Made by a program: the position numbers and the translations under genes | Part shown: positions 21,430-30,110 of the stretch, in pieces | Numbering within the stretch: position 1 is the stretch's first letter | Layout: each line of letters begins with the position of its first letter | Notes under the pieces: generated by a model | The model's database searches: none | What the model was told of the DNA's origin: nothing | The model's input: the letters and a program-made list of their open reading frames with translations, nothing else | Source: Chloroflexota bacterium | Lineage (GTDB): Bacteria > Chloroflexota > UBA6077 > JAJPHF01 | Length of the DNA: 64,000 nt | Assembly (NCBI GenBank): GCA_035293805.1 | Contig: DATGMD010000036.1 | Span: 1,417 to 65,416 of the forward strand | Direction of reading: 5' to 3'

Positions 21430-22017
21430 CTACGGCCAGTACTCCGCGCTCAGCGACGCGAACACGTCATCCACCGAAAACACTAGCCCCGGCGCGACGT
21501 CGGACAGGTCGATCACTTCTGCGCCCCGCATCGCGGCGGTCTGCCCCCCCGTGCGGAAGACGATGATCGAACGGTCTCGCGGATCGACCAGCAGCGCGGC
21601 GGCCACGCCGTTGGCGACGTACCACAGGCACCGACGCACGAGCGGCGTGACGCTCTGCCGCGGCGAGACGATCTCGATTGCGATGTCCGGCGGCGCGAAC
21701 ACGTCGTCGGCGATCTGGCCCTCGGGCGTCCGTGGGATGCGCTCCGCCCCGAACACCACGACGTCGGGCACGTACGAGCGCCCACCAAACGTCGCGCGCA
21801 GCTCGGTCAAAGCGCGGGCGGATCGCCGCCGCCGGGCGAGACGGTTCAGCCGCTCCACCAGCTCGGTCTGCAGCGTGCTGTGTCGCCCCTTGGGAGCCGC
21901 TTTTCGCGTCACTACCCCGTCGGCGTACTCGAGCGCGGGCTTCGTCTCCGGCCGCGCGAGGAACTCCGCGAGCGTCAGCCCCTGCCGCGGGGCGACCATT
22001 GCCGACCTCCTGGGCAT
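21430..22017 (-). CDS. Uma2 (DUF820) family endonuclease
   Basis: 195 aa. LTLAEFLARPETKPALEYADGVV...PDVVVF...PDIAIEIVSP pattern. Confidence 0.85.
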   Translation of the reverse strand: MPRRSAMVAPRQGLTLAEFLARPETKPALEYADGVVTRKAAPKGRHSTLQTELVERLNRLARRRRSARALTELRATFGGRSYVPDVVVFGAERIPRTPEGQIADDVFAPPDIAIEIVSPRQSVTPLVRRCLWYVANGVAAALLVDPRDRSIIVFRTGGQTAAMRGAEVIDLSDVAPGLVFSVDDVFASLSAEYWP

Positions 22018-22062
22018 CGCCCGCCTACAGTGTAGCAGCGTGCGCGGCGCCGACCGGCGGCC

Positions 22063-23157
22063 TTACAGCCGATACAGCGCCGCGGGGTTGTCGTGCAGGA
22101 TCTTGCGCTTCACCTCGGGGCTGATATCGGTCCGCGCCTGGAACGTCTTGATCGCGTCCACGTCGCTCGACGGGTCGGTGTGGCCGTAGTCCGTCCCGAT
22201 CACCAGGTTGTCCTCGCCGCAGTACTTCAGAATGAACGGGATGTCGTCCGTGTTCTCACAGGTCACGTAGATGCGGTAGTCCCGCGCGATGTTCGCCGGC
22301 CACTCGCGTCCCTGCTGCTGGAACCGCTTGCGCGCCTCGTTGAAGATCCAGGGGATCCACTGCGCGCTCGCCTCGATGAAGGCGAAGCGTAGCGTGGGGA
22401 AGATCAGCGGGATCTCGCTCATCAGCAGGTCGTGGACCGCGGTGACCGTCGGCACGCGGAAGCGGTCGAACGCCTGCGCCTGGAACACCGGGTGGCGGTA
22501 GAAGTCCGTCAGCCACGGGCTGCCGTTCGCGATGTGGACGGCGACGGCCAGGTCCAGCCGCTGCGCCTCCTCGAACACCGGGTAGAAGTACGGGTCGATC
22601 AGCTGCCGGCTGCCCTCGACCGGCCGCATCAGCACCGCGCAGGCGCCGTGCTCCTTGCCGAAGCGCATCTGCTCCAGCGCGTCGGGCAGGCTCAGCAGCG
22701 GCACCACGCACGACCAGCGCAGCCGCCCCTGGCCCTGGCGCCAGATGTCGGCCAGCCAGCGGTTCCAGCCCTTGTAGATCGCCACCTCCGCGGCCGGGTT
22801 GTCCGTCACCTGCTCGATGAAGATCGTGTTGTGCAGCACCTGCACGTCCACGCCGATCTGGTCCATGTGCTCCAGGCGCAGCGCGACGTTCGTCATCTCG
22901 CTGGCATCTTGCGGCGTCGTCATCGTGCGGCCCGCCAGCCGCGACAGCGCTTCGAGCTGCTCGTGCGAGTAGCCGGGAAAGCGGAAGCCGCGCACCTTGC
23001 CGTCGATCAGCCAGTACTGCAGCCGCGTCTCCCCCTGCACCTCCACCGGCTGGGGGCGGTACTGCGCGTCCGCGGGGTCCATGTACTCCCAGGTTGCCGC
23101 TGTCTCCACGACGTGCGCGTCCGCGTCGATCACCATCGTCTTCGTCGGTGCTGCCAT
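22063..23157 (-). CDS. Amidohydrolase-2 family metal-dependent hydrolase
   Basis: Lower part of ORF 22063..23829. ATG 23157-23155 gives MAAPTKTMVIDADAHVVE...; later GVDVQVLH and a C-terminal TDYGHTD. Confidence 0.85.
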   Translation of the reverse strand: MAAPTKTMVIDADAHVVETAATWEYMDPADAQYRPQPVEVQGETRLQYWLIDGKVRGFRFPGYSHEQLEALSRLAGRTMTTPQDASEMTNVALRLEHMDQIGVDVQVLHNTIFIEQVTDNPAAEVAIYKGWNRWLADIWRQGQGRLRWSCVVPLLSLPDALEQMRFGKEHGACAVLMRPVEGSRQLIDPYFYPVFEEAQRLDLAVAVHIANGSPWLTDFYRHPVFQAQAFDRFRVPTVTAVHDLLMSEIPLIFPTLRFAFIEASAQWIPWIFNEARKRFQQQGREWPANIARDYRIYVTCENTDDIPFILKYCGEDNLVIGTDYGHTDPSSDVDAIKTFQARTDISPEVKRKILHDNPAALYRL

Positions 23158-23198
23158 GCTCCATCCTCCCACGCCGGGCGCTCCGCCCGCCGAACCCC

Positions 23199-23816
23199 CT
23201 ACCCCAGCGCCGCCAGCACGCCCGCTACGTTCCTCGCCAGCAGCTTCGGCACGTCCAGCCGCAGCCCGGGAAACGTCTCGCTCTCGATCACCCCGTCCGC
23301 ATCCGGCGCCACCCACACGTACTCGCCGCCGCGCCGCCGGAACCAGTCGATCATGCCGTCCATCACCCGCCACACGACGTACTCGCGCACGCCCGCCTTG
23401 CGGTACGCCTCCTTCTTGTCGTGCAGGTCGTACGACGCGCTGCTGGCCGCCACCTCCACCACGAGCTGCGGCGCCGCGTAGACGAATCCATCGGCGCCAA
23501 GGTGCGGCCCGCCCGCCTCTTCGCGCCAGAGGCAGGCGTCCGGCTGCACCTCGCTGTTCGCGCTGGGCCGAACCGTGGCGTTGTCCCCGATCCGCAGTCG
23601 CGGATGCTTTCCCCGGTATACGCCCAGCCAGGTCACCACCAGGGCGTGCTGCTCCCCATGCGAGTCGAATCCAACGGGCAAAGCCACGTAGACCACTCCT
23701 TCGACCAGCTCGGCTTGCTTGATGTCGGGGCGCTCGCTGTACCGCTCGTGGAACTCGTCGCGCGTCAGGCGGTCGCCGGACTCCAGGACCGGCCGCAGCT
23801 TCGTCGGAGCGGTCAT
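23199..23816 (-). CDS. Uma2 (DUF820) family endonuclease
   Basis: Lower part of ORF 23199..24152. ATG 23816-23814 gives MTAPTKLRPVLESGDRLTRDEFHERY...AELVEGVVY...QLVVEVAASSASYDLHDKKEAYRKAGVREYVVW. Confidence 0.85.
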   Translation of the reverse strand: MTAPTKLRPVLESGDRLTRDEFHERYSERPDIKQAELVEGVVYVALPVGFDSHGEQHALVVTWLGVYRGKHPRLRIGDNATVRPSANSEVQPDACLWREEAGGPHLGADGFVYAAPQLVVEVAASSASYDLHDKKEAYRKAGVREYVVWRVMDGMIDWFRRRGGEYVWVAPDADGVIESETFPGLRLDVPKLLARNVAGVLAALG

Positions 23817-23932
23817 CGCAGGACTCCACAAATCAGGCTCGTGGGCAGTATACCGCCCGGTCCGCCACCGGGGCGGAGTGCCGCGCTGGCGCCTCCCGGC
23901 GCCCGGCCCAGCAGCTTCGAAGATCCGCCAGC

Positions 23933-24220
23933 TCAGCCAGCCGCGGACTCCGGGCCATCGGGCAGCGCCGCTACCGCCTCGCGCCAGAGCCGCGGGTCGC
24001 CCAGCCGCACCGCCGCATCCATCCCCACGTTCTCCAACAGCAGCGCCAGCATCGTCAGGCGCTCCGCGTCGTCCCAGAACAGCTTGCCGTCGATCATCTC
24101 TATCTTCTCGGGCGCCAGGTCCAGGCGCGCCAGGGCTTCCTCGCCGCGCCACGCCCGCCCCTCACGGCGAATGTCCCAGGTAGGGGTTGGCCGAACGTCT
24201 CCGTCGTCTTCCATCTGCAT
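23933..24220 (-). CDS. Small hypothetical protein
   Basis: Lower part of ORF 23933..24400, from ATG 24220: MQMEDDGDVRPTPTWDI...EKIEMIDGKLFWDDAERLTMLALLLENVG. The composition looks coding, but no family is recognised. Confidence 0.4.
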   Translation of the reverse strand: MQMEDDGDVRPTPTWDIRREGRAWRGEEALARLDLAPEKIEMIDGKLFWDDAERLTMLALLLENVGMDAAVRLGDPRLWREAVAALPDGPESAAG

Positions 24221-24483
24221 CGCTGCCAGTGCTCCTTCGGCCGCTGAGCGGCCCTCGCTCGCACTCGCCGTCCTCGCCCCGTCTGCCGCCCGCCGGGCCG
24301 CCGCGTCTAGCGCTACAGCGGCGCCGTGTACACCACCAGCGGGTGCAGCGGCTCGTCGCCGATCGCGGTGATCTCGTGCGGCACGGTCGCCGGAATCCAC
24401 AGCGCCGCCCGTCCGCCGCCCACTCGACCCCCACGCCCTCGCGCCCCACGCCTCGCGCCCCCGGAGGTTGGCTCCGGGGGCGC

Positions 24484-25323
24484 TCAGGGGAGCAGGTCGA
24501 GTGCGGTCTGAATCCGCTGGTACCCGGCACGATTACCCTGCTGCTGGTAGAGCGCCGCGGCCCGCTCGTAATCCGCCCGGGCTCCCTCGGTATCCCCCAG
24601 GGAGTGCCGGGCGAACCCACGGCCGGCGTAGGCACTGGCATGATCGGGATCGAGGCGAAGGGCCTCGTCGTAGTCCTGGATCGCCCCTTGATAGTCCCGG
24701 AGCTCCTCGCCGGCGATCCCACGCATAAAGTAGCCCCACGCACTCGTCGGGAGATGTTGGAGTACTTCGGTCGCCGCATCTCGCAAACCCGTCCAGTCCC
24801 GTGCCCGCCCTCGATCTAATGCTTGCTGGGTGGCGGGGAGCTGGCGCAGATCCTCCGGCAGCGAGGGATCCGGGGCCCCCGCCTGGAAGGTGACCGGGCG
24901 GGCTTGCAGCCTGGTCCAGCCACAAGTGGTGCGTGCCTCTATGTACAGGCGGTGGCTCCCCGGCGTGATGCCGCTCGTGTCCCACACCAACAGGAACCCC
25001 GCACGGGCAAACCGGATGCTGCCATACAGCTCCGCGATGGCGGGGGTCTCCACTCCATACGCCGCCGCTTCCACACGCGAACTCTGATCCGGGGGGACGT
25101 CGAGACTCAGCCGCACCTCGCTGACGCCGGTACCAGACGGTGCTTGGGGCTCGACCGCCCAGCCCTGCACTTGTACCTCGGCACTGATCGGCAGGCGATC
25201 GGCCGCGTACAAGGTCTCCACGGCCCCGTGCAGATCGCACTGCTGCGCCGCCGTTGGATGCCACGAGACTAGAACGAGTAACAGCGCGACCGCAAGCTCC
25301 CGGCCTAGCTTCCACCGACTCAT
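24484..25323 (-). CDS. Secreted protein: N-terminal Ig-like module plus C-terminal TPR repeats
   Basis: ATG 25323 gives MSRWKLGRELAVALLLVLVSWHPTAAQ (signal peptide). The C-terminus is ALRLDPDHASAYAGRGFARHSLGDTEGARADYERAAALY (TPR). Confidence 0.7.
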   Translation of the reverse strand: MSRWKLGRELAVALLLVLVSWHPTAAQQCDLHGAVETLYAADRLPISAEVQVQGWAVEPQAPSGTGVSEVRLSLDVPPDQSSRVEAAAYGVETPAIAELYGSIRFARAGFLLVWDTSGITPGSHRLYIEARTTCGWTRLQARPVTFQAGAPDPSLPEDLRQLPATQQALDRGRARDWTGLRDAATEVLQHLPTSAWGYFMRGIAGEELRDYQGAIQDYDEALRLDPDHASAYAGRGFARHSLGDTEGARADYERAAALYQQQGNRAGYQRIQTALDLLP

Positions 25324-25583
25324 CTGGAGAGCCCTCCCGCCTCGCCTCTTGACGCGGCCCCAGAGAGCCGCAGTATAGTGCCGGCCGCCCCATGGTGGAT
25401 GGGACGACGATGGGCCAGAACCGACGCCCGCATCGAGGCGACCCGCCTTGCGGCCCACGGCTTCAATCCACGTAAGCGTTCAGCCTCGGCCGAGCGGGGG
25501 AAGCGTATCGGCCCGCGAAGCGGCACCGGCGGGGATATTCGCGCCTCCCCGCTCCACTTCTCCGCCTCCAGGCACGGCCCGCT

Positions 25584-26633
25584 CTACTCGCCGCGCAGGA
25601 CCCCGGCCAGTAGCTCGGGCGGGCCCGGCGTGGTGAGGACATAGTTCCCGAACTCCACCTCCACGCCGCGGTCGGTCAGGCCCGTGTTGGCGCCCCACCA
25701 GACTCCACCCCAGCGCCGCCGGTCGTCGTGGACCTCGCCCACCGGCTCGCCGTTGATGAACAGCTGCCAATGGTCCCCTTGGGCGATGACTCCCAGGCGG
25801 TTGGGCACCGCGCCGCGGTGGATGGCCGGCGACTCGCTGGCGGGCAGCAGCGGGGTGTACTGCCCGGGCTCGGCGTAGCCAAAGCCCCATTGCCCGCGGC
25901 TGGGATCCACCCGCAGCTCGTAGCCGGCGAACTCGAAATCGTGTGCTGGGTTGGTCTGCCCGCGGAGGCCCAGTTCGTAGATGCAGGTGTCCGCTACCCG
26001 GCAGCGGGCATCAATGCCTACGGCGATGTCCCCCCAGGTGGCACTATCGAGCCAGGTTGTGCGCCACCCCGGCTGGTCCAAGCGCAGCAGCCGGCTCGGC
26101 CGCGTGGTCAGATCGTTCTGCACGAGTGGCGTCCCCGGCGCACACGGGGCCACCTCCACGTCACGGCTGGCGCTGTTCCGCGCGCCTGGCACTACCAGAC
26201 TCGACACGAACAGCGTCAAGGTGTACCGCCCAGGCGGAAAGGCGCAGGTCTGCCAGTAGAAGCGGAATCCGACCGCGCTGAACTGCGGCCCGAGCGCGGC
26301 CGCGGCGTCGGGGCTGTCCTGTCGCAGGCGTTGAGAGGTAGGGCTGGTGATGGCGAACAAGTTGCGGGGGTCCGTCGGATCGTTCAGGTAGAGCTGGACA
26401 TCATTCTCGTTGAACCCCGACCCCTCCTCACTCCGCCGGTCGGCGGCGTACCCGGTAATCTCAATCTGGCCCTGCACCGATTGGTTCTGTTCCGGGCTCG
26501 TGATCCGCACCACGACGTCCGGATCGGCCTGGAGCATGGGCGCAGACCCGACCATCGGCGCGGTGGGCACGAGCGCGACGACTGTCAGCGCGAGCGCCAA
26601 GACGCTCCGGGCGACTCCTGGCGTCCCCATCAT
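25584..26633 (-). CDS. Secreted protein: N-terminal Ig-like module plus C-terminal lectin/DUF1080-like jelly-roll
   Basis: 349 aa. Signal peptide MMGTPGVARSVLALALTVVALVP, then VQGQIEITGYAAD...GFRFYWQTCAFPPGRYTLTLF. The C-terminus has HWQLFINGEPVGEV. Confidence 0.7.
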   Translation of the reverse strand: MMGTPGVARSVLALALTVVALVPTAPMVGSAPMLQADPDVVVRITSPEQNQSVQGQIEITGYAADRRSEEGSGFNENDVQLYLNDPTDPRNLFAITSPTSQRLRQDSPDAAAALGPQFSAVGFRFYWQTCAFPPGRYTLTLFVSSLVVPGARNSASRDVEVAPCAPGTPLVQNDLTTRPSRLLRLDQPGWRTTWLDSATWGDIAVGIDARCRVADTCIYELGLRGQTNPAHDFEFAGYELRVDPSRGQWGFGYAEPGQYTPLLPASESPAIHRGAVPNRLGVIAQGDHWQLFINGEPVGEVHDDRRRWGGVWWGANTGLTDRGVEVEFGNYVLTTPGPPELLAGVLRGE

Positions 26634-26924
26634 ACTACCCCCCCCCCGTCCCTCTCATGCCCGGGTAGGCGTGGCCACTAGCCCACCCGGCCGATCCGCT
26701 GTCAATCCTGATCCGACGCCCTTCCCGTCACGCCACGCCCGGCCGAGTATCTCCTAGCGTATGGTTAGCTCGGCCAGAACGCTCCCGCGCGTCGCCGAGC
26801 GACCTGCCACCGCCGCCACCGCCGGCGCCACCAGGGCTGCTGGGGCGCCGCCTGTACCATCGCACGCGAGTATTGGGATCATGGACGCGCTTCCTGGGCG
26901 TGAGGTTGAGCGACCAGGCAGGGC

Positions 26925-27386
26925 TTAGTAGCGCAGCAGCCGACCAAGAAGAGGAAGCCGGCGCAGGACTTGCGAGAGGCTGCTCTCCGTGAGCTGTCCA
27001 TAAAGATCCCACAGATACAGGTCCCTTACATGTTTTGCCAAGGCGCGCTCACTCCACGCCGGGTAGGATGTCAGGGCATCGACGCAGGTCCCACCGAAGT
27101 TGCCGCCAGCAACGAACTCGCACGTCCCTTCGTTGAACTGTTCCCAGAGTTGACGTTCTAATCGAGTGCTCGTCTGCTTTACATCAGCCGGGTCGGCAGG
27201 ATTGCCGAAGAACCCTGGGCGGACCCACGGGGCATGCTCCATCTCCTGCATATAGCGTCTCACGCCCGCTTCATACATGCGGATAGCGCGGTGGGCTCCT
27301 CGGACCTCGATATGGGCAACGAGCCGCGCCGGGTCGCACTTGTCGCCGCCGTCGTCACCGCCGCGAGTATAGATCATTACGCGCAT
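26925..27386 (-). CDS. Hypothetical protein (lower-GC patch)
   Basis: Same frame as ORF 26925..27404. ATG 27386 is preceded by GGGAGGG 5 nt upstream and gives MRVMIYTRGGDDGGDKCDPARL... The amino-acid composition is balanced. No family recognised. Confidence 0.55.
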   Translation of the reverse strand: MRVMIYTRGGDDGGDKCDPARLVAHIEVRGAHRAIRMYEAGVRRYMQEMEHAPWVRPGFFGNPADPADVKQTSTRLERQLWEQFNEGTCEFVAGGNFGGTCVDALTSYPAWSERALAKHVRDLYLWDLYGQLTESSLSQVLRRLPLLGRLLRY

Positions 27387-27421
27387 GGCGCCCTCCCTAG
27401 GCACGTGTCAATCGCCATCCA

Positions 27422-28006
27422 TTACGGGGTCGCGAGATCGATCCCGAGGTCGCTCCCCGGTTGCAGGTCGCCCGTTCTAGGCGGTTGTAGGAAACACCCC
27501 CCCGCGACGATCTGCTGCCTCCCTGTGGTGGGGTAGGGCCTCACCATGTCTGCACAGGTTCTGATGGCGGGGTCCACCTGTAAGCTATACTCGCCCGCGG
27601 GCCAGTCCGCCGGCACCTCCAGGGTGTAGTGCCCGACCTCATCTACCCCGACGCTCAAGGTGTTCCCATTCCCGCTAAGCTGTACCCTGACCTCCGAGAA
27701 CGGGCGTCTTGGCGCGTGGCGTAGCACGCACCCGTGGATCCGCATCGTCGTCGCCCCCTCTTCCGGTCCTGCTCCAGGGGGAGTTGGCACGCACTCCGGT
27801 GGCACGGGCGTCGCCGTGACGGCGGGTAGCCTGCTGGTAGGCGGCGCCAGCAGGGCGGCCCTGGTGGGCCGCGCCGGCACGTCCGGCATCGGTGGCGTAG
27901 CGGGTGCCTCCGTCGCCGTCGGGATGGCCGCGGCCCCCTCGCGGGGGGCGGCGGGTCCCCCACAGTGCAGCAAAGCGATCCGCAGGAGGACGTCAAGTCT
28001 CCTCAT
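27422..28006 (-). CDS. Hypothetical secreted protein with carboxypeptidase-regulatory-like beta domain
   Basis: 194 aa. Hydrophobic N-terminus, Pro/Thr linker, then IHGCVLRH...VRVQLSGNGNTLSVGVDEVGHYTLEVPADWPAGEYSLQV. Confidence 0.5.
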   Translation of the reverse strand: MRRLDVLLRIALLHCGGPAAPREGAAAIPTATEAPATPPMPDVPARPTRAALLAPPTSRLPAVTATPVPPECVPTPPGAGPEEGATTMRIHGCVLRHAPRRPFSEVRVQLSGNGNTLSVGVDEVGHYTLEVPADWPAGEYSLQVDPAIRTCADMVRPYPTTGRQQIVAGGCFLQPPRTGDLQPGSDLGIDLATP

Positions 28007-28310
28007 GCTGCATCACCTCGACCAGGCGCCCCAGAACTTCTGGACCCTCTAGGCGTCATGCACCTGCCGCTGCGGGGCGCGGTGCAGCACCGTTCCGCGG
28101 GCCAACATCCTTCTGCTGGCTCTCTACGCTGTTGCAGCAGGCCGGGCGCGTCTGCCTGAGATGTCGGCGAGACACCAGGCTATTCCTTCCTTGAACGCGT
28201 TCGCTTGCCCCTGTCCGGGCGGGAACCGAGCGCCCGCGGGAACCCCGCCACCGTCCCCGCGCTCGGCAGCCCAGCGGTGGCCGGATCCAGGCGCAGGGCA
28301 GTGTGTGTCC

Positions 28311-28627
28311 TCATGGTACGGGCGTACCGGCCTGCAGCCTGTCGATGGCATCGAGGACTGCTTGCTGCGCGTCGGTGTTGCCTTGCTCCCCGTAGAGCGT
28401 GGCGGCCCGCTGGTAGTCCCGCAAGGCGGCCTGGTAGTCGCCCAACTCAGTACCGCCTCGGGATGCCGGCCCGCGTATGCGTCGGGGCACGTCAACACGA
28501 AGCGCTCGTCTCCCGCGCCCTTCAAGTACGCGGTGTACGGTGACGCATCCAGCCCGCGCTGACACGCCGGACAATAGCGCTCTCGCTCAGGGAGAACGGT
28601 TCCGCAGACGGGGCAGCTACGCGTCAT
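28311..28627 (-). pseudogene. Frameshifted zinc-ribbon / TPR protein
   Basis: ATG 28627 gives MTRSCPVCGTVLPERERYCPACQRGL...AYAGRHPEA in one frame. A TPR-like ELGDYQAALRDYQRAATLYGEQGNTDAQQAVLDAIDRLQ continues in the frame of ORF 28311..28574. The switch is near 28440-28460. Confidence 0.5.
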
Positions 28628-29154
28628 CGCATCCCTCCAGGCCAGCTCAGTGTGCCCCGCTGACCGCTGCAGAGCTGCATCCACACGCCTGCACTGCCAG
28701 GATATGTTCCCGCCAAATTGTTCGTTGTGAACTCGATCACAGGCCAAGTATGAACTGAATCACGTCTGACCGCGACCCAGGGGCGACCGGCGGGGCGGCG
28801 CGCGCCACCCCGCGCGCGGCCGGCGGCGCGGCGGTCATCCGAGGCGGTCGAGCTCGCGCAGCCGGGCGATGATTACCCACCAACATCTCTAGTAAACGGA
28901 TATTGGGATCGCGCGTAACAGGGACCGGCACGGCGCCCGCGCTGCCCTCCGGCAGGACGGGGCACGGGCCCGCCAGGCCGTCGGCCAGCCACGGGTCGTG
29001 AGGGCGCCGCTACGACGCCTTGCCTACCGCCAAGCCTGCCGAGGCGGCGGGCCGCTCATCGGCCGCCTGGCCGCGGTGTCTCCCACCATTCGGCGGTCGG
29101 CCTCGCGGCCCCGCCGGCAACGCCGGACGACCGCCCCCCACCAATAGCTTCCTC

Positions 29155-29174
29155 TTTAGACAGGTTTAGACAGG
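29155..29174. repeat. Tandem direct repeat tttagacagg x2 (AT-rich)
   Basis: Read directly within the 0.85-kb non-coding stretch 28.75-29.6 kb. Confidence 0.6.
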
Positions 29175-29605
29175 CCGCGAGGCGCGCCGGAGAGCGCCTG
29201 CTAGCTCGCGCGACGTGGTCGCAATCTTACGCCGTACACGCCTCCCCCGCACCCGCCGCCCGCGCCCATGCCCGGGGCACGCCCCCGCCGGCCCGGCCCG
29301 CGGCAGGCTACCGGGAGAGCATCGTACGGGGTAAACGATGCGACCTTCCGCGCCCGACCAGCGCGCGCCAACCCGCGCCCGGCCTAGCACTTAACCACCC
29401 GGTCAAGGAGCATCGTTTGACCGTTCCTCGGCTAAACCGAGGCACTCGCCGGCGGGTGGTTCCGCCGGCGCGAGCGAGGGGGTCCCTCCGCGCGGCGCCG
29501 AAACCGGGGGGCGCCCGGCGCGGTGCCTCGTCCCGCTGGCGCACCGGGCGCGGATTGCCTATATTCGGGCTCGGCGGCATTGGTTGCGGGCGGAGGGAGG
29601 CGACT

Positions 29606-30100
29606 ATGGCGACAGCCGAGGCAGCCCAGCGATTCGTCGGCGCGTTGAAGGACGCGGGCGTGGACTTCGTCGTCGCGGTACCGGACATCAACCTGCTGGA
29701 GTTGATGAAGGCGCTAGCGGCCGACCCGGACCTCGACTACACGCCGGTGGGCCGTGAGGAGGAGGGGATCGGCGTCTGCACCGGCGGGGCGCTGACGGGC
29801 CATCGGGTGGCGATCCTGATGCAGAACGGGGGCCTCCTGAACAGCTGCAACGGGCTTACCACCACGGCGCTCCAGTTCGGCGTCCCGATACTGCTGCTCG
29901 TCTACTACGCCGGCGACTGGGGCGACAACGCCTTCCACATGCTGGGGCTGGTGACCGAGCCGGTGCTCCAGGCGCTCGACATCAAGTATCAGGCGCTCCG
30001 CGACCCCGCTACGCTCGCCCAGCAGGTGCGGGGCGCCGTGACCGTGGCCGAGGCGTCGAAGCGCCCGGTCGCCCTGCTGGTCACCCGCGCGGTGCTGTAG
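29606..30100 (+). CDS. TPP-dependent decarboxylase, alpha (N-terminal PYR domain) subunit; sulfopyruvate/phosphonopyruvate decarboxylase family
   Basis: Same frame as ORF 29417..30100. ATG 29606 follows GGAGGGAGG and gives MATAEAAQRFVGALKDAGVDFVVAVPD...GREEEGIGVCTGGALTG. Confidence 0.75.
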   Translation: MATAEAAQRFVGALKDAGVDFVVAVPDINLLELMKALAADPDLDYTPVGREEEGIGVCTGGALTGHRVAILMQNGGLLNSCNGLTTTALQFGVPILLLVYYAGDWGDNAFHMLGLVTEPVLQALDIKYQALRDPATLAQQVRGAVTVAEASKRPVALLVTRAVL

Positions 30101-30110
30101 GAGGTGCGGG

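Noticed and set aside
26754-26882. A 42-aa ORF on the minus strand (MIPILACDGTGGAPAALVAPAVAAVAGRSATRGSVLAELTIR) as a possible RiPP precursor or small peptide.
   Set aside because: It has only a weak AGGAAG upstream, an Ala/Gly/Val-rich composition typical of random GC-rich frames, and no neighbouring maturation enzymes.
28737-28931. ORF 28737..28931(-), whose DPNIRLLEMLVGNH segment hints at an ArsR-type HTH remnant.
   Set aside because: The match covers only about 14 residues. The rest of the frame is Ala/Pro/Arg noise, and no intact HTH-wing could be reconstructed even allowing a frameshift.
29200-29605. A TPP riboswitch upstream of the TPP-dependent decarboxylase genes.
   Set aside because: I could not find the conserved CUGAGA and ACCUGAUCUGGAUAAUGCCAGCG-like cores. 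The hairpins are reported only as unexplained structure.
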